NCBI GenBank assembly: GCA_002269645.1
Contig: NIVC01001083.1
Span: 1 to 56,728 of the forward strand
Length of the DNA: 56,728 bases
DNA from: Macrostomum lignano
Lineage: Eukaryota
Direction: 5' to 3'
Shown here one piece after another: positions 44,846-56,728 of this stretch. The first letter of the stretch is position 1, and each line of letters starts with the position of its first letter. A model generated the notes under the pieces. The model made no database searches, had not been told where the DNA came from, and saw only the letters and a program-made list of their open reading frames with translations. A program made the position numbers and the translations under genes.

Positions 44846-45334
44846 GAGAATAGATTCACTCTACTGGCGCCCTTTTAACAGCAGCAAGAGAGAGGCGCAC
44901 CTGTTCCCAAATTTTACCAGTTCCCTAGCAACCAACTTGTCTTTGGGACCGTTTTACCATGCAAAGCACCTACCATGGCCCCCTTCCCGTCAATCGAGAG
45001 TATCCTAAATCAGAAATGCTGTTGCTAGTGAAAGTTTTTTCTTAAATGCACCTTTTAGCAATGAATTGTTCCTGTGCAGTTCAGAATGAGAGATAACCTA
45101 TTCGCTAAGGGCGTTACCGGCAAGAATAAATGCTGCATTGGAAATGGATTCAGATAATAGAGCTAAGGTATACTTCTGTTTTTGTACATTTTCTTCCAAT
45201 ATCAATTCTTTGGAAATGGTAAAATGGTGTCTCGTAAATGGGAGCAATAGATGGTAAAAGTCTGGGAGAAACGTTTACCTGAAACCATTTATGATGTTAA
45301 ATGTGTTGTTTAGGTTGGGAATAGTGAGGAAAGA

Positions 45335-45379
45335 GGAAGAGAGGGAGAAGAGTGGGGAGGAGTGAGGAGAGAGGAGCGA

Positions 45380-45447
<68 letters not shown>

Positions 45448-48285
45448 AGAGAGAAAGGAGGAAGAGAGGTAAGAGTCCTGAAAACCCAAATCACTTACAC
45501 TGTAACGCAAATGTTTAAGCGAGTTGAGTACCGATATTTCGAATTTTCATATTCTTCCTCGGAGCTAACTCTTCAATGGGAAGGACAAGAGAGGAAAGGG
45601 AGCGAAGGAGAGGAGAGAAAAGAGAAGCGGGAGGAGAGAGAGAGAAGAGAAGAGGGACAAGAGATAGAAGAGAAGGGGAGAGGAGAGAGAAGAGAAGAGG
45701 GAGAGGAGAGAGAAGAGAAGGGGAGAGGAGAGAGAAGACAAGGGGAGAGGAGAGAGAAGACAAGGGGAGAGGAGAGAGAAGAGAAGGGGGAGAGGAGAGA
45801 GAAGACAAGGGGAGAGGAGAGAGAAGACAAGGGGAGAGGAGAGAGAAGAGATGGGGGTTTGAGGAGAGAGAAGAGAAGGGGGAGGGGGAGAGGAGAGAGA
45901 AGACAAGGGTAGAGGAGAGAGAAGAGAAGGGGGAGAGGAGAGAGAAAAGAAGGGGAGAGGAGAGAGAAGACAAGGGGAGAGGAGAGAGAAGAGATGGGGG
46001 TTTGAGGAGAGAGAAGAGAAGGGGGAGAGGAGAGAGAAGAGATGGGGAGGGGAGAGGAGAGAGAAGAGAAGGGGAGAGGAGAGAGAAGAGAAGGGGAGAG
46101 GAGAGAGAAGAGAAGGGGAGAGGAGAGAGAAGACAAGGGGAGAGGAGAGAGAAGAGATGGGGGTTTGAGGAGAGAGAAGAGAAGGGGAGAGGAGAGAGAA
46201 GACAAGGGGAGAGGAGAGAGAAGACAAGGGAGAGGAGAGAGAAGAGATGGGGGTTTGAGGAGAGAGAAGAGAAGGGGGAGAGGAGAGAGAAGAGAAGGGG
46301 GAGAGGAGAGAGAAGAGAAAGGGAGAGAAGAGAGAAGAGAAAGGGAGAGAAGAGAGAAGAGAATGGGAGAGGAGAGAGAAGAGAATGGGAGAGGAGAGAG
46401 AAGAGAAGGGAGAGAGGAGAGAGAAGAGATGGGGGAGGGGGAGAGGAGAGAGAAGAGAAGGGGGAGAGGAGAGAGAAGACAAGGGGAGAGGAGAGAGAAG
46501 ACAAGGGGAGAGGAGAGAGAAGAGATGGGGGTTTGAGGAGAGAGAAGAGAAGGGGAGAGGAGAGAGAAGACAAGGGGAGAGGAGAGAGAAGACAAGGGAG
46601 AGGAGAGAGAAGAGATGGGGGTTTGAGGAGAGAGAAGAGAAGGGGGAGAGGAGAGAGAAGAGAAAGGGAGAGGAGAGAGAAGAGAATGGGAGAGGAGAGA
46701 GAAGAGAATGGGAGAGGAGAGAGAAGAGAATGGGAGAGGAGAGAGAAGAGATGGGGGAGAGGAGAGAGAAGAGAAGGGAGAAAGGAGAGAGAAGAGATGG
46801 GGGAGGGGGAGAGGAGAGAGAAGAGAAGGGGAGAGGAGAGAGAAGAGAAGGGGAGAGGAGAGAGAAGAGAAGGGGAGAGGAGAGAGAAGACAAGGGGAGA
46901 GGAGAGAGAAGAGATGGGGGTTTGAGGAGAGAGAAGAGAAGGGGAGAGGAGAGAGAAGACAAGGGGAGAGGAGAGAGAAGACAAGGGAGAGGAGAGAGAA
47001 GAGATGGGGGTTTGAGGAGAGAGAAGAGAAGGGGGAGAGGAGAGAGAAGAGAAAGGGAGAGGAGAGAGAAGAGAATGGGAGAGGAGAGAGAAGAGAATGG
47101 GAGAGGAGAGAGAAGAGATGGGGGAGAGGAGAGAGAAGAGAAGGGAGAGAGGAGAGAGAAGAGATGGGGGAGGGGGAGAGGAGAGAGAAGAGAAGGGGAG
47201 AGGAGAGAGAAGAGAAGGGGGAGAGGAGAGAGAAGAGAAGGGAGAAAGGAGAGAGAAGAGATGGGGGAGGGGGAGAGGAGAGAGAAGAGAAGGGGAGAGG
47301 AGAGAGAAGAGAAGGGGAGAGGAGAGAGAAGAGAAGGGGAGAGGAGAGAGAAGACAAGGGGAGAGGAGAGAGAAGAGATGGGGGTTTGAGGAGAGAGAAG
47401 AGAAGGGGAGAGGAGAGAGAAGACAAGGGGAGAGGAGAGAGAAGACAAGGGAGAGGAGAGAGAAGAGATGGGGGTTTGAGGAGAGAGAAGAGAAGGGGGA
47501 GAGGAGAGAGAAGAGAAAGGGAGAGGAGAGAGAAGAGAATGGGAGAGGAGAGAGAAGAGAATGGGAGAGGAGAGAGAAGAGATGGGGGAGAGGAGAGAGA
47601 AGAGAAGGGAGAGAGGAGAGAGAAGAGATGGGGAGGGGGAGAGGAGAGAGAAGAGAAGGGGAGAGGAGAGAGAAGAGAAGGGGGAGAGAGAGAAGAGAAG
47701 GGGAGAGGAGAGAGAAGACAAGGGGAGAGGAGAGAGAAGAGATGGGGGTTTGAGGAGAGAGAAGAGAAGAGGGAGAGGAGAGAGAAGAGAAGGGGAGAGG
47801 AGAGAGAAGACAAGGGGAGAGGAGAGAGAAGAGATGGGGGTTTGAGGAGAGAGAAGAGTAGGGGGAGGGGGGAGGAGAGAGAAGACAAGGGTAGAGGAGA
47901 GAGAAGAGAAGGGGGAGGGGGAGAGGAGAGAGAAGACAAGGGTAGAGGAGAGAGAAGAGAAGGGGGAGAGGAGAGAGAAAAGAAGGGGAGAGGAGAGAGA
48001 AGAGATGGGGGTTTGAGGAGAGAGAAGAGATGGGGGTTTGAGGAGAGAGAAGAGAAGGGGGAGAGGAGAGAGAAGAGAAGGGGGAGAGGAGAGAGAAGAG
48101 AAGGGAAGAGGAGAGAGAAGAGAAGGGGAGAGGAGAGAGAAGAGAAGGGGGAGAGGAGAGAGAAGAGAAGGGAAGAGGAGAGAGAAGAGAAGGGGAGAGG
48201 AGAGAGGAGAGAAGGGGGAGAGGAGAGAGAAGAGAAGGGGGAGAGGAGAGAGAAGAGAAGGGGAGAGGAGAGAGGAGAGAAGGGG
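45335..48285. repeat. (GA)n tract followed by a 2.7-kb polypurine complex repeat (gaggagagagaagagaagggg)
   Basis: Direct read; nearly pure purine strand. Confidence 0.96.
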
Positions 48286-48967
48286 ACCGGGCGGGCCAAG
48301 GTGGATCAAGTGAAAGGCAGTGCAACAAGCAGTTTGTCACCTGTTTTTTTCGGATAGGCTTTAACTCCTATAGTTAGAAGCGAGAGAAGCCATTGATAGA
48401 GGACAATTGTGAGATTTTTCATCTATTCTTTTGCTTAGAATGGATAACTGCTTGTACGTGTGTATGACAAGGATCAGTGCTGCAATCCTTAATTCAAACA
48501 CACAGGGATACAGCCTGGGGGGTTAGACAGGTTGCAAATTCGTTTCAGACACCCATGGGATTAACGGCGACTCAGCGAGATAAGCCAGTGCGTTATTTAT
48601 CCGGCGTCAAATACGAACAGCGCTTTCCTTAATCGCCTCCAGTTAGATAAAAAAAAATTTCTCGGATAAAAACGCTGCATATCCGTCTTCGGTTTCTGTC
48701 TGTTTTCTCTTCCAAACACGCATGAAGCGTGTGCTTGGCTGTTTGCACAAAATGTCAAGCAGCTGTAGCTTTCATAGTGTGATAATAATAATGCTCACAC
48801 GCCAACTACAGGACCGGTTGCTATAGCAACTGTCAGGTGTGTTGCTGCCAAGAGGCAAGAAGGGGATGAGTGAGAGGTGAGGGAGCTAATCAGCTCAGAT
48901 CCATGTTCAACTATAGGAGCATGCACTTTTAATTGGGGCTTAACTCGATGCATTTTGTTGCTACGCT

Positions 48968-49035
48968 GGCTAGGTGTGTGTGTGTGTGTGTGTGTGTGTT
49001 TATAGACACTGGCTAGGTGTGTTTATAGACACTGG

Positions 49036-49081
<46 letters not shown>

Positions 49082-49115
49082 ATAGACACTGGCTAGGTGT
49101 GTTTATAGACACTGG

Positions 49116-49157
<42 letters not shown>

Positions 49158-50020
49158 ATAGACACTGGCTAGGTGTGTTTATAGACACTGGCTAGGTGTG
49201 TTTATAGACACTGGCTAGGTGTGTTTATAGACACTGGCTAGGTATGTGTGTGTTTATAGACACTGGCTAAGTGTGTTTATAGACACTGGCTAGGTGTGTG
49301 TGTGTTTATAGACACTGGCTAAGTGTGTTTATAGACACTGGCTAGGTGTGTTTATAGACACTGGCTAGGTGTGTGTGTGTGTTTATAGACACTGGCTAGG
49401 TGTGTTTATAGACACTGGCTAGGTGTGTTTATAGACACTGGCTAGGTGTGTTTATAGACACTGGCTAGGTGTGCTTATAGACACTGGCTAGGTGTGTCTG
49501 TGTTTATAGACACTGGCTAGGTGTGTGTGTGTGTTTATAGACACTGGCTAAGTGTGTTTATAGACACTGGCTAGGTGTGTGTGTGTTTATAGACACTGGC
49601 TAAGTGTGTTTATAGACACTGGCTAGGTGTGTTTATAGACACTGGCTAAGTGTGTTTATAGACACTGGCTAGGTGTGTTTATAGACACTGGCTAGGTGTG
49701 TGTGTGTGTTTATAGACACTGGCTAGGTGTGTTTATAGACACTGGCTAGGTGTGTTTATAGACACTGGCTAGGTGTGTTTATAGACACTGGCTAGGTGTG
49801 TTTATAGACACTGGCTAGGTGTGTGTGTGTTTATAGACACTGGCTAGGTGTGTGTGTGTTTATAGACACTGGCTAGGTGTGTGTGTGTTTATAGACACTG
49901 GTTAGGTGTGTGTGTTTATAGATACTGGCTAGGTGTGTTTATGGATACTGGCTAGGTGTGTTTATGGATACTGGCTAGGTGTGTTTATAGATACTGGCTA
50001 GGTGTGCTTATAGATACTAG
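48968..50020. repeat. 23-bp minisatellite (ctggctaggtgtgtttatagaca) with variable internal (GT)n
   Basis: Direct read. Confidence 0.95.
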
Positions 50021-50487
50021 ATACATTTCAGCACGAGTGACAGAATGGGGCACAGAGGCAACGCATCCTCCGAGTCAAAACTAATATGTATCGAATATTG
50101 CAGCAAAATGAAACCCCGGAAAGTAGCATCTGATGAAGCATTCAGAGTCTTGCCGAGATTCTGTGAGCTGAAATTCCTAGATAATAAATCAGAATTTTTA
50201 TTACACCATATAAAATCTTTTTCTTCGATGTGCAACGCTTTCTTAGTCTGCTTCTTTCAGCAGCCTAGAAGAATCTTCTTCTTGACAAAAGCATAATTTC
50301 TCTTTTCTCAATTTTGGTCTGCAGTTTCGCAGATAGAAATGAAAAATTCATTAATACTTGATGTATTAATAAGTAACTTAGTAAAATGCAAAAAGCATGT
50401 GATGCTACTCAGTAGGACTTGGTCAGTAGTGCTATAGGCTCATTTCTGTACACGGCTTAATTATATTGAAAGTTAAAGATGGTCACT

Positions 50488-50660
50488 GTAGGATCAGAGA
50501 GGGGATCACTGCAGAATCAGAGAAGGGATCGCTAAAGGATCATGGAGGGGTCGTTGAAGGATCCGAAAGTGGCCGCTGATAGATCAAGTGGGGCTCACTG
50601 AAGGATCAGGGAGGGCTCACTGAAGGATCACGGAGGGGTCACTGATAGCTCAGGAAGGGT
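50488..50660. repeat. Decayed ~21-bp repeat, inverted relative of the 16812-17612 array
   Basis: tcactgaaggatcagggagggc is the reverse complement type of gatccttcagtgaccct. Confidence 0.7.
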
Positions 50661-50772
50661 GCGACACACACCTGGCCACTTTAAGCCCGACCCAACTGCA
50701 TTTCTACTTGACTATATAGCTAGTGTGTAATCTACTAAGGTACATTGCAAAACGCTCCCACAGACACGCCAG

Positions 50773-53700
50773 ATGGAGATCCGAACTCCTCTGCCACGTC
50801 ACCAGCATCGGCACAACATCCCTTGTCCGATTGCCGTCAACCTGACGCTCAACTCCTCCACCGACACCTGCCCGAGTCCGCCGCCTGCGGCTTCGCCTCG
50901 AAGCATCTCCGTAGAAATTGACAGCTCCGACGACAGCAGCTGCGACGATGCAGCCGCGGGGGGCCTCCGACCTGCCAGGCAGATTTTCTCGCGTCGTCGG
51001 CTACACGACCGGCGACGAAGATCCTCCTCCCTGGGCGACCTGAGCAAACTGCAGCAGCAGCAGGAGGCGGTCGATGTGGTGCCGACGTGTCCTGTGCACC
51101 AGCCGGATCCCCCTGACTGCGGCAGCAAGGGTCAGCGAAGGCGGATGCTGACTGAGCAATGCTCCATCAAGTCCAATAAACTGAGTGCGAAGACTCGGAG
51201 ACGGTGAGTGAGCGATTTTAATAAATGAGTTTATGAGTGAGTTAATGTGTAAGTTTATAGGTTTATGAGTGAGTTTGTGAGTGAGTTTATTAGTGAGTTT
51301 ATGAGTGAGTTTATGAGTGAGTTTATGTGTAAGTTTATGAATGAGTTTACGAGTGAGTTTATGAGTGTGAGTTTATGTGTGAGTTTATCTGTGAGTTTAT
51401 GAGTGAGTTTATGAGTGAGTTTATGAGTAAGTTTATGAATGAGTTTATGAGTGAGTTTATGAGTGAGTTTATGAGTGACTTTGAGTGGTTAATTATAAGT
51501 AAGCTGATTTTTTCAATGATCTGATCAAGGACTACTCAACTAGGACGGGGAACCTCGTTTCTTGGAAAATGTTTAGGAGGCAGGTTGTTTCCGAAAAAAT
51601 ACACAAAAATGGAGATGGAAATTTTAATTTTTCAGCTTAAAAAATTGTTATTGCTTTCGATACGAAGCAGACCCTACCGGTAGTGTTCATCTTTTGATAT
51701 GTTGCGCCTTTCTTATTATAGCTTTATTGTCAATTGATATTCATAAAGCTTTTCTTTTTGAAAATTAGGATTCTACGAGTATGTTAATATTTTTATTCTA
51801 CGTACATGTCTTGCACCTAAAAATCATAAAAATGCATGGCACATCTCGACTCGTCGGTTTTATGAATCTATTTTATCGTCGTCTGTTACATGTATTAGTA
51901 CGAGATTGCTACATAGTCAGCTGAGAATGACAAAATAGATTTATAAAATCAATGAGCACTAACAATTTTTGTACTGAAAAATGAAAACTTTCCTATCTCC
52001 GCAGGAATATAGGACGAAATCACATTGAATCCCAGTTTTGCGTACAAAGACAATATCGAATAGAGACAAATTGGCCTGCAATGCATACAAAGTATTCGAT
52101 TCGACTCAAACAGCTAGTACCATATTAAGTCGGCGGGAAAAGCAGGTACTCTTCTGTATAGGCCTCTTTGTAGGCTAACAAAAATAATAACCGATACACA
52201 AGAAATCTTCACTTTGGCGCAAGCCCAGCTCATGAGACAGGCATATCCTCAAAAATCTTAGAAATCTTATTATTCTGTGTCCGCAGGATCTTTTTCTCTG
52301 CGCCTTATTTGTTAGGCTTTCCCTTACCTCCTCCCCACCATCTCTCTCGGCTGCTTTTAGTGACGTTGCAGGTGATTGCAAGCTCCCTTGCAATGCCTGT
52401 CTGCACGAGCGCCTCTGCTACTTGTGTATTACTAGAGAATGCTCTGAGAAGTCTGTAATGACAGTCTCCAAGCCTCTCTGTACCTGCCCTGCATCTCTTT
52501 TTGCCTCTTTCAAAGATTCCGAAAACAGCTAGAACAGAGGGAAACAGAGGCAGGGGATGAAGGACAAGGGAGGCTGGGGAAGGGGAGTGCCGAGTCCTGT
52601 TGCATAAATATGCTCACAGAATGAAGTTCAGAATTGCTTCATCATCTGCTAAAGAAAGTTAGGATAAGTCAGGGAGATTCGATGACTGGAATTGACCAGT
52701 GTTGAATTGCCTTATGCCTTAAGAATATTTGATCAACAATCTGGACTGCTCCATGGAGAACAATCATGCGATCAAATTAGGAAGGTAAATAATTTCAATG
52801 AGGCTCGATAAATCTGTATTAAATTACGTTTGTATATAAATAAGTTTTGTTACAAACTCGAAGAATAAGCGCTTACCAGTTGTATTATTTTTGCAAAAAA
52901 TGTCTTGCATATTTTTTTTTTAAATTTTTCCAACAATTTAGCATTTATTAGGATAGAATTTTTGAAAATAGCGTTTACTCAGTAAGGAGTGTTACTCAGT
53001 GAGAGTGTTACTCAGTGAGAGTGTTACTCAGTGAGAGTGTTACTCAGTGAGAGAGTTACTCAGTGAGAGTGTTACTCAGTGAGAGAGTTACTCAGTGAGA
53101 GTGTTACTCAGTGAGAGTGTTACTCAGTGAGAGAGTTACTCAGTGAGAGTGTTACTCAGTGAGAGTGTTACTCAGTGAGAGTGTTACTCAGTGAGAGTGT
53201 TACTCAGTGAGAGTGTTACTCAGTGAGAGTGTTACTCAGTGAGAGTGTTACTCAGTGAGAGTGTTACTCAGTGAGAGTGTTACTCAGTGAGGAGTGTTAC
53301 TCAGTGAGGAGTGTTTCTCAGTGAGAGAGTTACTCAGTGAGGAGTGTTTCTCAGTGAGAGAGTTACTCAGTGAGGAGTGTTTCTCAGTGAGAGTGTTACT
53401 CAGTGAGGAGTGTTTCTCAGTGAGAGAGTTACTCAGTGAGGAGTGTTTCTCAGTGAGAGAGTTACTCAGTGAGAGTGTTACTCAGTGAGGAGTGTTACTC
53501 AGTGAGAGAGTTACTCAGTGAGAGTTACTCAGTGAGAGTGTTACTCAGTGAGAGTGTTACTCAGTGAGAGTGTTACTTAGTGAATTTTATATAACTGACA
53601 AATTAAACGTTTATCATATTGATATCGATCAATATAGTTGACCGACACTTCTCAACCATCAGGTGCGACAGCTCTTCGACGCAGACTCAGAGGCAGCAGC

Positions 53701-56451
53701 AGCGCCTGGAGCAGCAGCTGTCTCCGCCAACTGCCGGTGGCACCCAGCCGGGGCAGCCTGGCCGTGCCTTCAGTGTAGCAGCCAGACGGCACAAGTTGAA
53801 GTTGCCACTGGAGAAGCAACAGGCTGTCGAAGAAGAAGATCCAGACATTGACGACCAAGATGATGATGACGATATTATGAACGAGTTTTTCTGCTTTCCC
53901 GAAGCTGCCGATACTGCCGGCGGCGATGCAGAAGGCGACGGCAGCCGCCTAAGCGTCGGTCGGAGAAGAGGAACGGGGGAGCATTCGCAAGATCGCGAGG
54001 ATGTCCTGGTGTCGCCGGCCATTTCACCGGTGCCCTGGGCTCGAGATGTACCGTCCGGGGTCGGGCTGAGGAGAACTGGTGGGTTTTTTATGGCTGGCCG
54101 GGTGGGTGTTGTGAGGGGTGGTGTTGTGAGGGGTGGATGTTGTGAGGGGTGGGTGTTGTGAGGGGTGGGTGTTGTGAGGGGTGGGTGTTGTGAGGGGTGG
54201 GTGTTGTGAGGGGTGGGTGTTGTGAGGGGTGGGTGTTGTGAGGGGTGGGTGTTGTGAGGAGTGGGTGTTGTGAGGGGTGGGTGTTGTGAGGGGTGGGTGT
54301 TGAGAGGAGCGGTTGTTGTGAGGGGTGGGTGTTGTGAGGGGTGGGTGTTGTAAGGGGTGGGTGTTGTGAGGGGTGGGTGTTATGAGGAGGTATTGTGAGG
54401 AGCGGGAGTTGTGAGGTGTGGTTGGATGTAGAGAGGGTGTGTACGGTGATGTAGATTAATTTTAAAATCTTTCAGTCCCATGTATGGGCTGCAATAAACA
54501 AACCGTTTATTTCTGCAGCAATGAACACCTCAGATTCTAGTTCGCCTCTACAGATCAGCTCGGGCCGCCAGTGCGTCACTTTGCAAGTCCCCAGCTTTCG
54601 ATTTCCCGTGAGTAATGCTTGCTGCAACAGAATGACTACTGTTAGTAGAGCTGTGTAATTGTAGTGTCTGAAAGTTTGTCTGATATTTCTCGGTGAGGGG
54701 CGTTACTCAGTGAGGAGTGTTACTCAGTGAGGAGTGTTACTCAGTGAGGAGTGTTACTCAGTGAGGAGTGTTACTCAGTGAGAGTGTTACTCAGTGAGGA
54801 GTGTTACTCAGTGAGGAGTGTTACTCAGCGAGGAGTGTTACTCAGTGAAGGCTGCTACTCAACGAGGGTGCTACTCAGTGAGGGTGCCTTTTTAGTTCTT
54901 TTTTCAATTCTTCGATGCAGATTTTAAGCGAAAAATCTTTAAAACCACATAAAAAATCCCATGATAGATAGACTAAAATGCATTAAATTCTAATCGAATA
55001 CATTTAGCCAAGGTAAAACGTGAAATAGAGATCGAAGCAGAACAGCGATGAAGGGTTAAATAGAATATGAAGAATATGAAGTTCAAAAGCGCAGATCAAA
55101 GCGCGCATAGAGAGGCCTGCCATTCGAGTCCCAGAGCTTGGTCAATCGAATGACAAAGGAAGGCAGACAGAATTGAGAATGTAGCTAGAGGCAGAGGGGT
55201 ACCTGTTCAAAACAGAGGATCCTTTGTGTCAATTAACTAATTACCTAGCTTTGCTGAGCGGCTTCCTGCGGTGTGTTGAGCTTCTAATGAGGAGGAAGCG
55301 AATGGCTCAAATGAAACAGCGCTGCATATGATTCAGGGTCTTCAGTAGCGAGCAGCTTATAAGAGTTAAAAACTAACTTGCATGTGCTCAGGAGCTCAGG
55401 AGTGTTGCACCAGTGTGTTCATTCACTGCTCAAATATCTTTAAGTCTTGTTTGCTCAAAACGCAAGAAATTCAAGAAATTCGCATGACTGACCGAGACTT
55501 ACCCTGGATTATGACGCTAAGAGATATTGAAACGCTTAGCAACGTCAGGATATGATGTTGAAAATTTAGTTTGTCATTTGAACAATGCGATTATAATATC
55601 AATAATAATAGGAATTGATTACACCTGCCTTAATGGCCAGATGTGCAACCGACAGCTCAGCCGCAGCTATTGCGCGGCGCATCTGAAGGCTGCGTACGGC
55701 TGTTCAGTCCAAGGACTGGGGGGTCGCCACACACCCTCAATTACCCCAGCTAATGCTGGCACCCATTTTACAGCTGCTTGAACTGAAGCAATGCAGAGTT
55801 AAGTGTCTTGCTCAAGGACACAAATTGTTCCGATTGGGTCAAGAATCGAACCCCCGACCTTCCAATGTAGAAAGATCCAATGAACCAAATGTAGAACATG
55901 GAAAGTATATTGAGAAAAATGTAAGTGAAATTACTTTTCTAAGAATTAACGGCATTAACAATCGGTTTCTGAAATCTTCAAACCCGACTTCAAACTGAGC
56001 TAAAGAATGATGAGCCCAGACCAAGAAGTGCATACGCAAACTGCATGATTTGCATGACCTGAAACTCAGATAAGGCTGACTGGCTACCGCAGCCTCAGGC
56101 CACTCGGATTGGATGGCGGGATGCCACGAGACTCGAAAAAAGCGAGAGACAAAAACCGCCAAAGGATCAGAGGCAGCCAAATCCTTTGCATCGTTCAATA
56201 CTTTCCCCTTAGCAACTACTTGGAAGCATAATAATCCCATGCTTCTGTAAAGGATTTTTAACCCTTAAATTATGACCTCAAATCAGGATCAGCAGCAGCA
56301 GCTGCATCAACGCTTACAGCAGTTACAGGCTCGTCAGCAAGCCCAGTCCGCGGCATCAAGCCCGGGATCGAACAGGTTTCGTCTGCTAAAGCGGACGAAC
56401 ACCTGCAGTGCTCAGGTTTTTGCTGACAAACTGCGGCCTCTCGTGCAGACG
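50773..56451 (+). CDS. 5' part of an uncharacterised low-complexity protein gene; exons 50773-51203, 53663-54078, 54519-54607, 56287-56451; runs off the window
   Basis: Four GC-rich open segments joined by phase-matched GT-AG sites (2/2, 1/1, 0/0); motifs RRRSSSLGDL, acidic DDQDDDDD, poly-Q, RLLKRTNTCS. No recognisable domain. Start codon and extra exons are uncertain. Confidence 0.72.
51225..51485. repeat. 12-bp repeat (gtgagtttatga)
   Basis: Direct read; immediately after the donor at 51204. Confidence 0.92.
52975..53582. repeat. 16/17-bp minisatellite (gtgttactcagtgaga)
   Basis: Direct read. Confidence 0.95.
54098..54420. repeat. 16-bp G-rich repeat (ggggtgggtgttgtga)
   Basis: Direct read. 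Confidence 0.93.
54695..54885. repeat. 17-bp repeat (gtgttactcagtgagga), same family as 52975-53582
   Basis: Direct read. Confidence 0.93.
55600..55865 (-). mobile_element. tRNA-derived CORE-type SINE, copy 3 (5'-truncated)
   Basis: Reverse complement of the 23864 copy from the B-box through the tail. Confidence 0.87.
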
Positions 56452-56479
56452 GTAAATTGCTTATGAATCAGATTGAGCA

Positions 56480-56665
56480 TGAGGGATGTTACCTATAATA
56501 TGAGATTGACGCTGAGACTAACTGTGAGATTGGACGATGAGATTGACTATGAGATTGACTATAAGATTGACTATGAGATTACTATGAGATTGACTGTGAG
56601 ATTGACTCTGAAACTGCCTATGAGATTGACCTTAAGGTTGATAATGGCTATAAGATTGGGATTAA
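56480..56665. repeat. 12-bp repeat (gagattgactat)
   Basis: Direct read. Confidence 0.85.
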
Positions 56666-56728
56666 GATTAATATTTATATTAAGTTCAAATCAACTTTAG
56701 CAATTCAAATCCAAGCATTATTAAAACA

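Noticed and set aside
45515-48357. 900-aa LLSP and ERRE ORFs (also 24926-25942, 26685-27841)
   Set aside because: Translations of polypurine tracts.
55839-56240. ORF with a copine/C2-like KDLAASDPLAVF stretch
   Set aside because: Similarity is limited to ~15 residues, lies antisense in an intron, and no further C2 motifs follow.

Overview
Eukaryotic (animal) genomic DNA rich in satellites, SINEs and MITEs. The style (GC-rich exons, introns filled with GACA and minisatellites) suggests a Macrostomum-like flatworm; this is an inference, not verified. I reconstructed three spliced genes by hand from GT-AG sites and phase matching. (1) A secreted multi-domain F-type (fucose-binding) lectin on the minus strand (5068 to ~1288): a signal-peptide exon plus five one-domain phase-1 exons A-B-C-B'-C', where B'-C' is a recent ~2.0 kb tandem duplication and C' carries a 1-bp deletion. 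(2) A myosin phosphatase targeting subunit (MYPT1/PPP1R12/Mbs family) on the minus strand (36824 to 10132, 11 coding exons, ~1033 aa) with MyPhoNE, RVxF, ankyrin repeats, a T696-like site and a C-terminal leucine zipper. A second complete leucine-zipper terminal exon at 9095-8952, missed by the ORF track, is phase-compatible with the same donor, suggesting a two-zipper alternative-last-exon switch. (3) The 5' part of an uncharacterised plus-strand gene (50773 onward). Other content: two tRNA-derived SINE families (one CORE-type), an inverted pair of hAT/Charlie-like MITEs with purine-tract expansions, a palindromic MITE-like element, decayed LINE-like and DIRS-like remnants, and more than 20 tandem arrays. 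Almost all long ORFs in the supplied track are repeat artefacts. No CRISPR array, rRNA or true tRNA gene.
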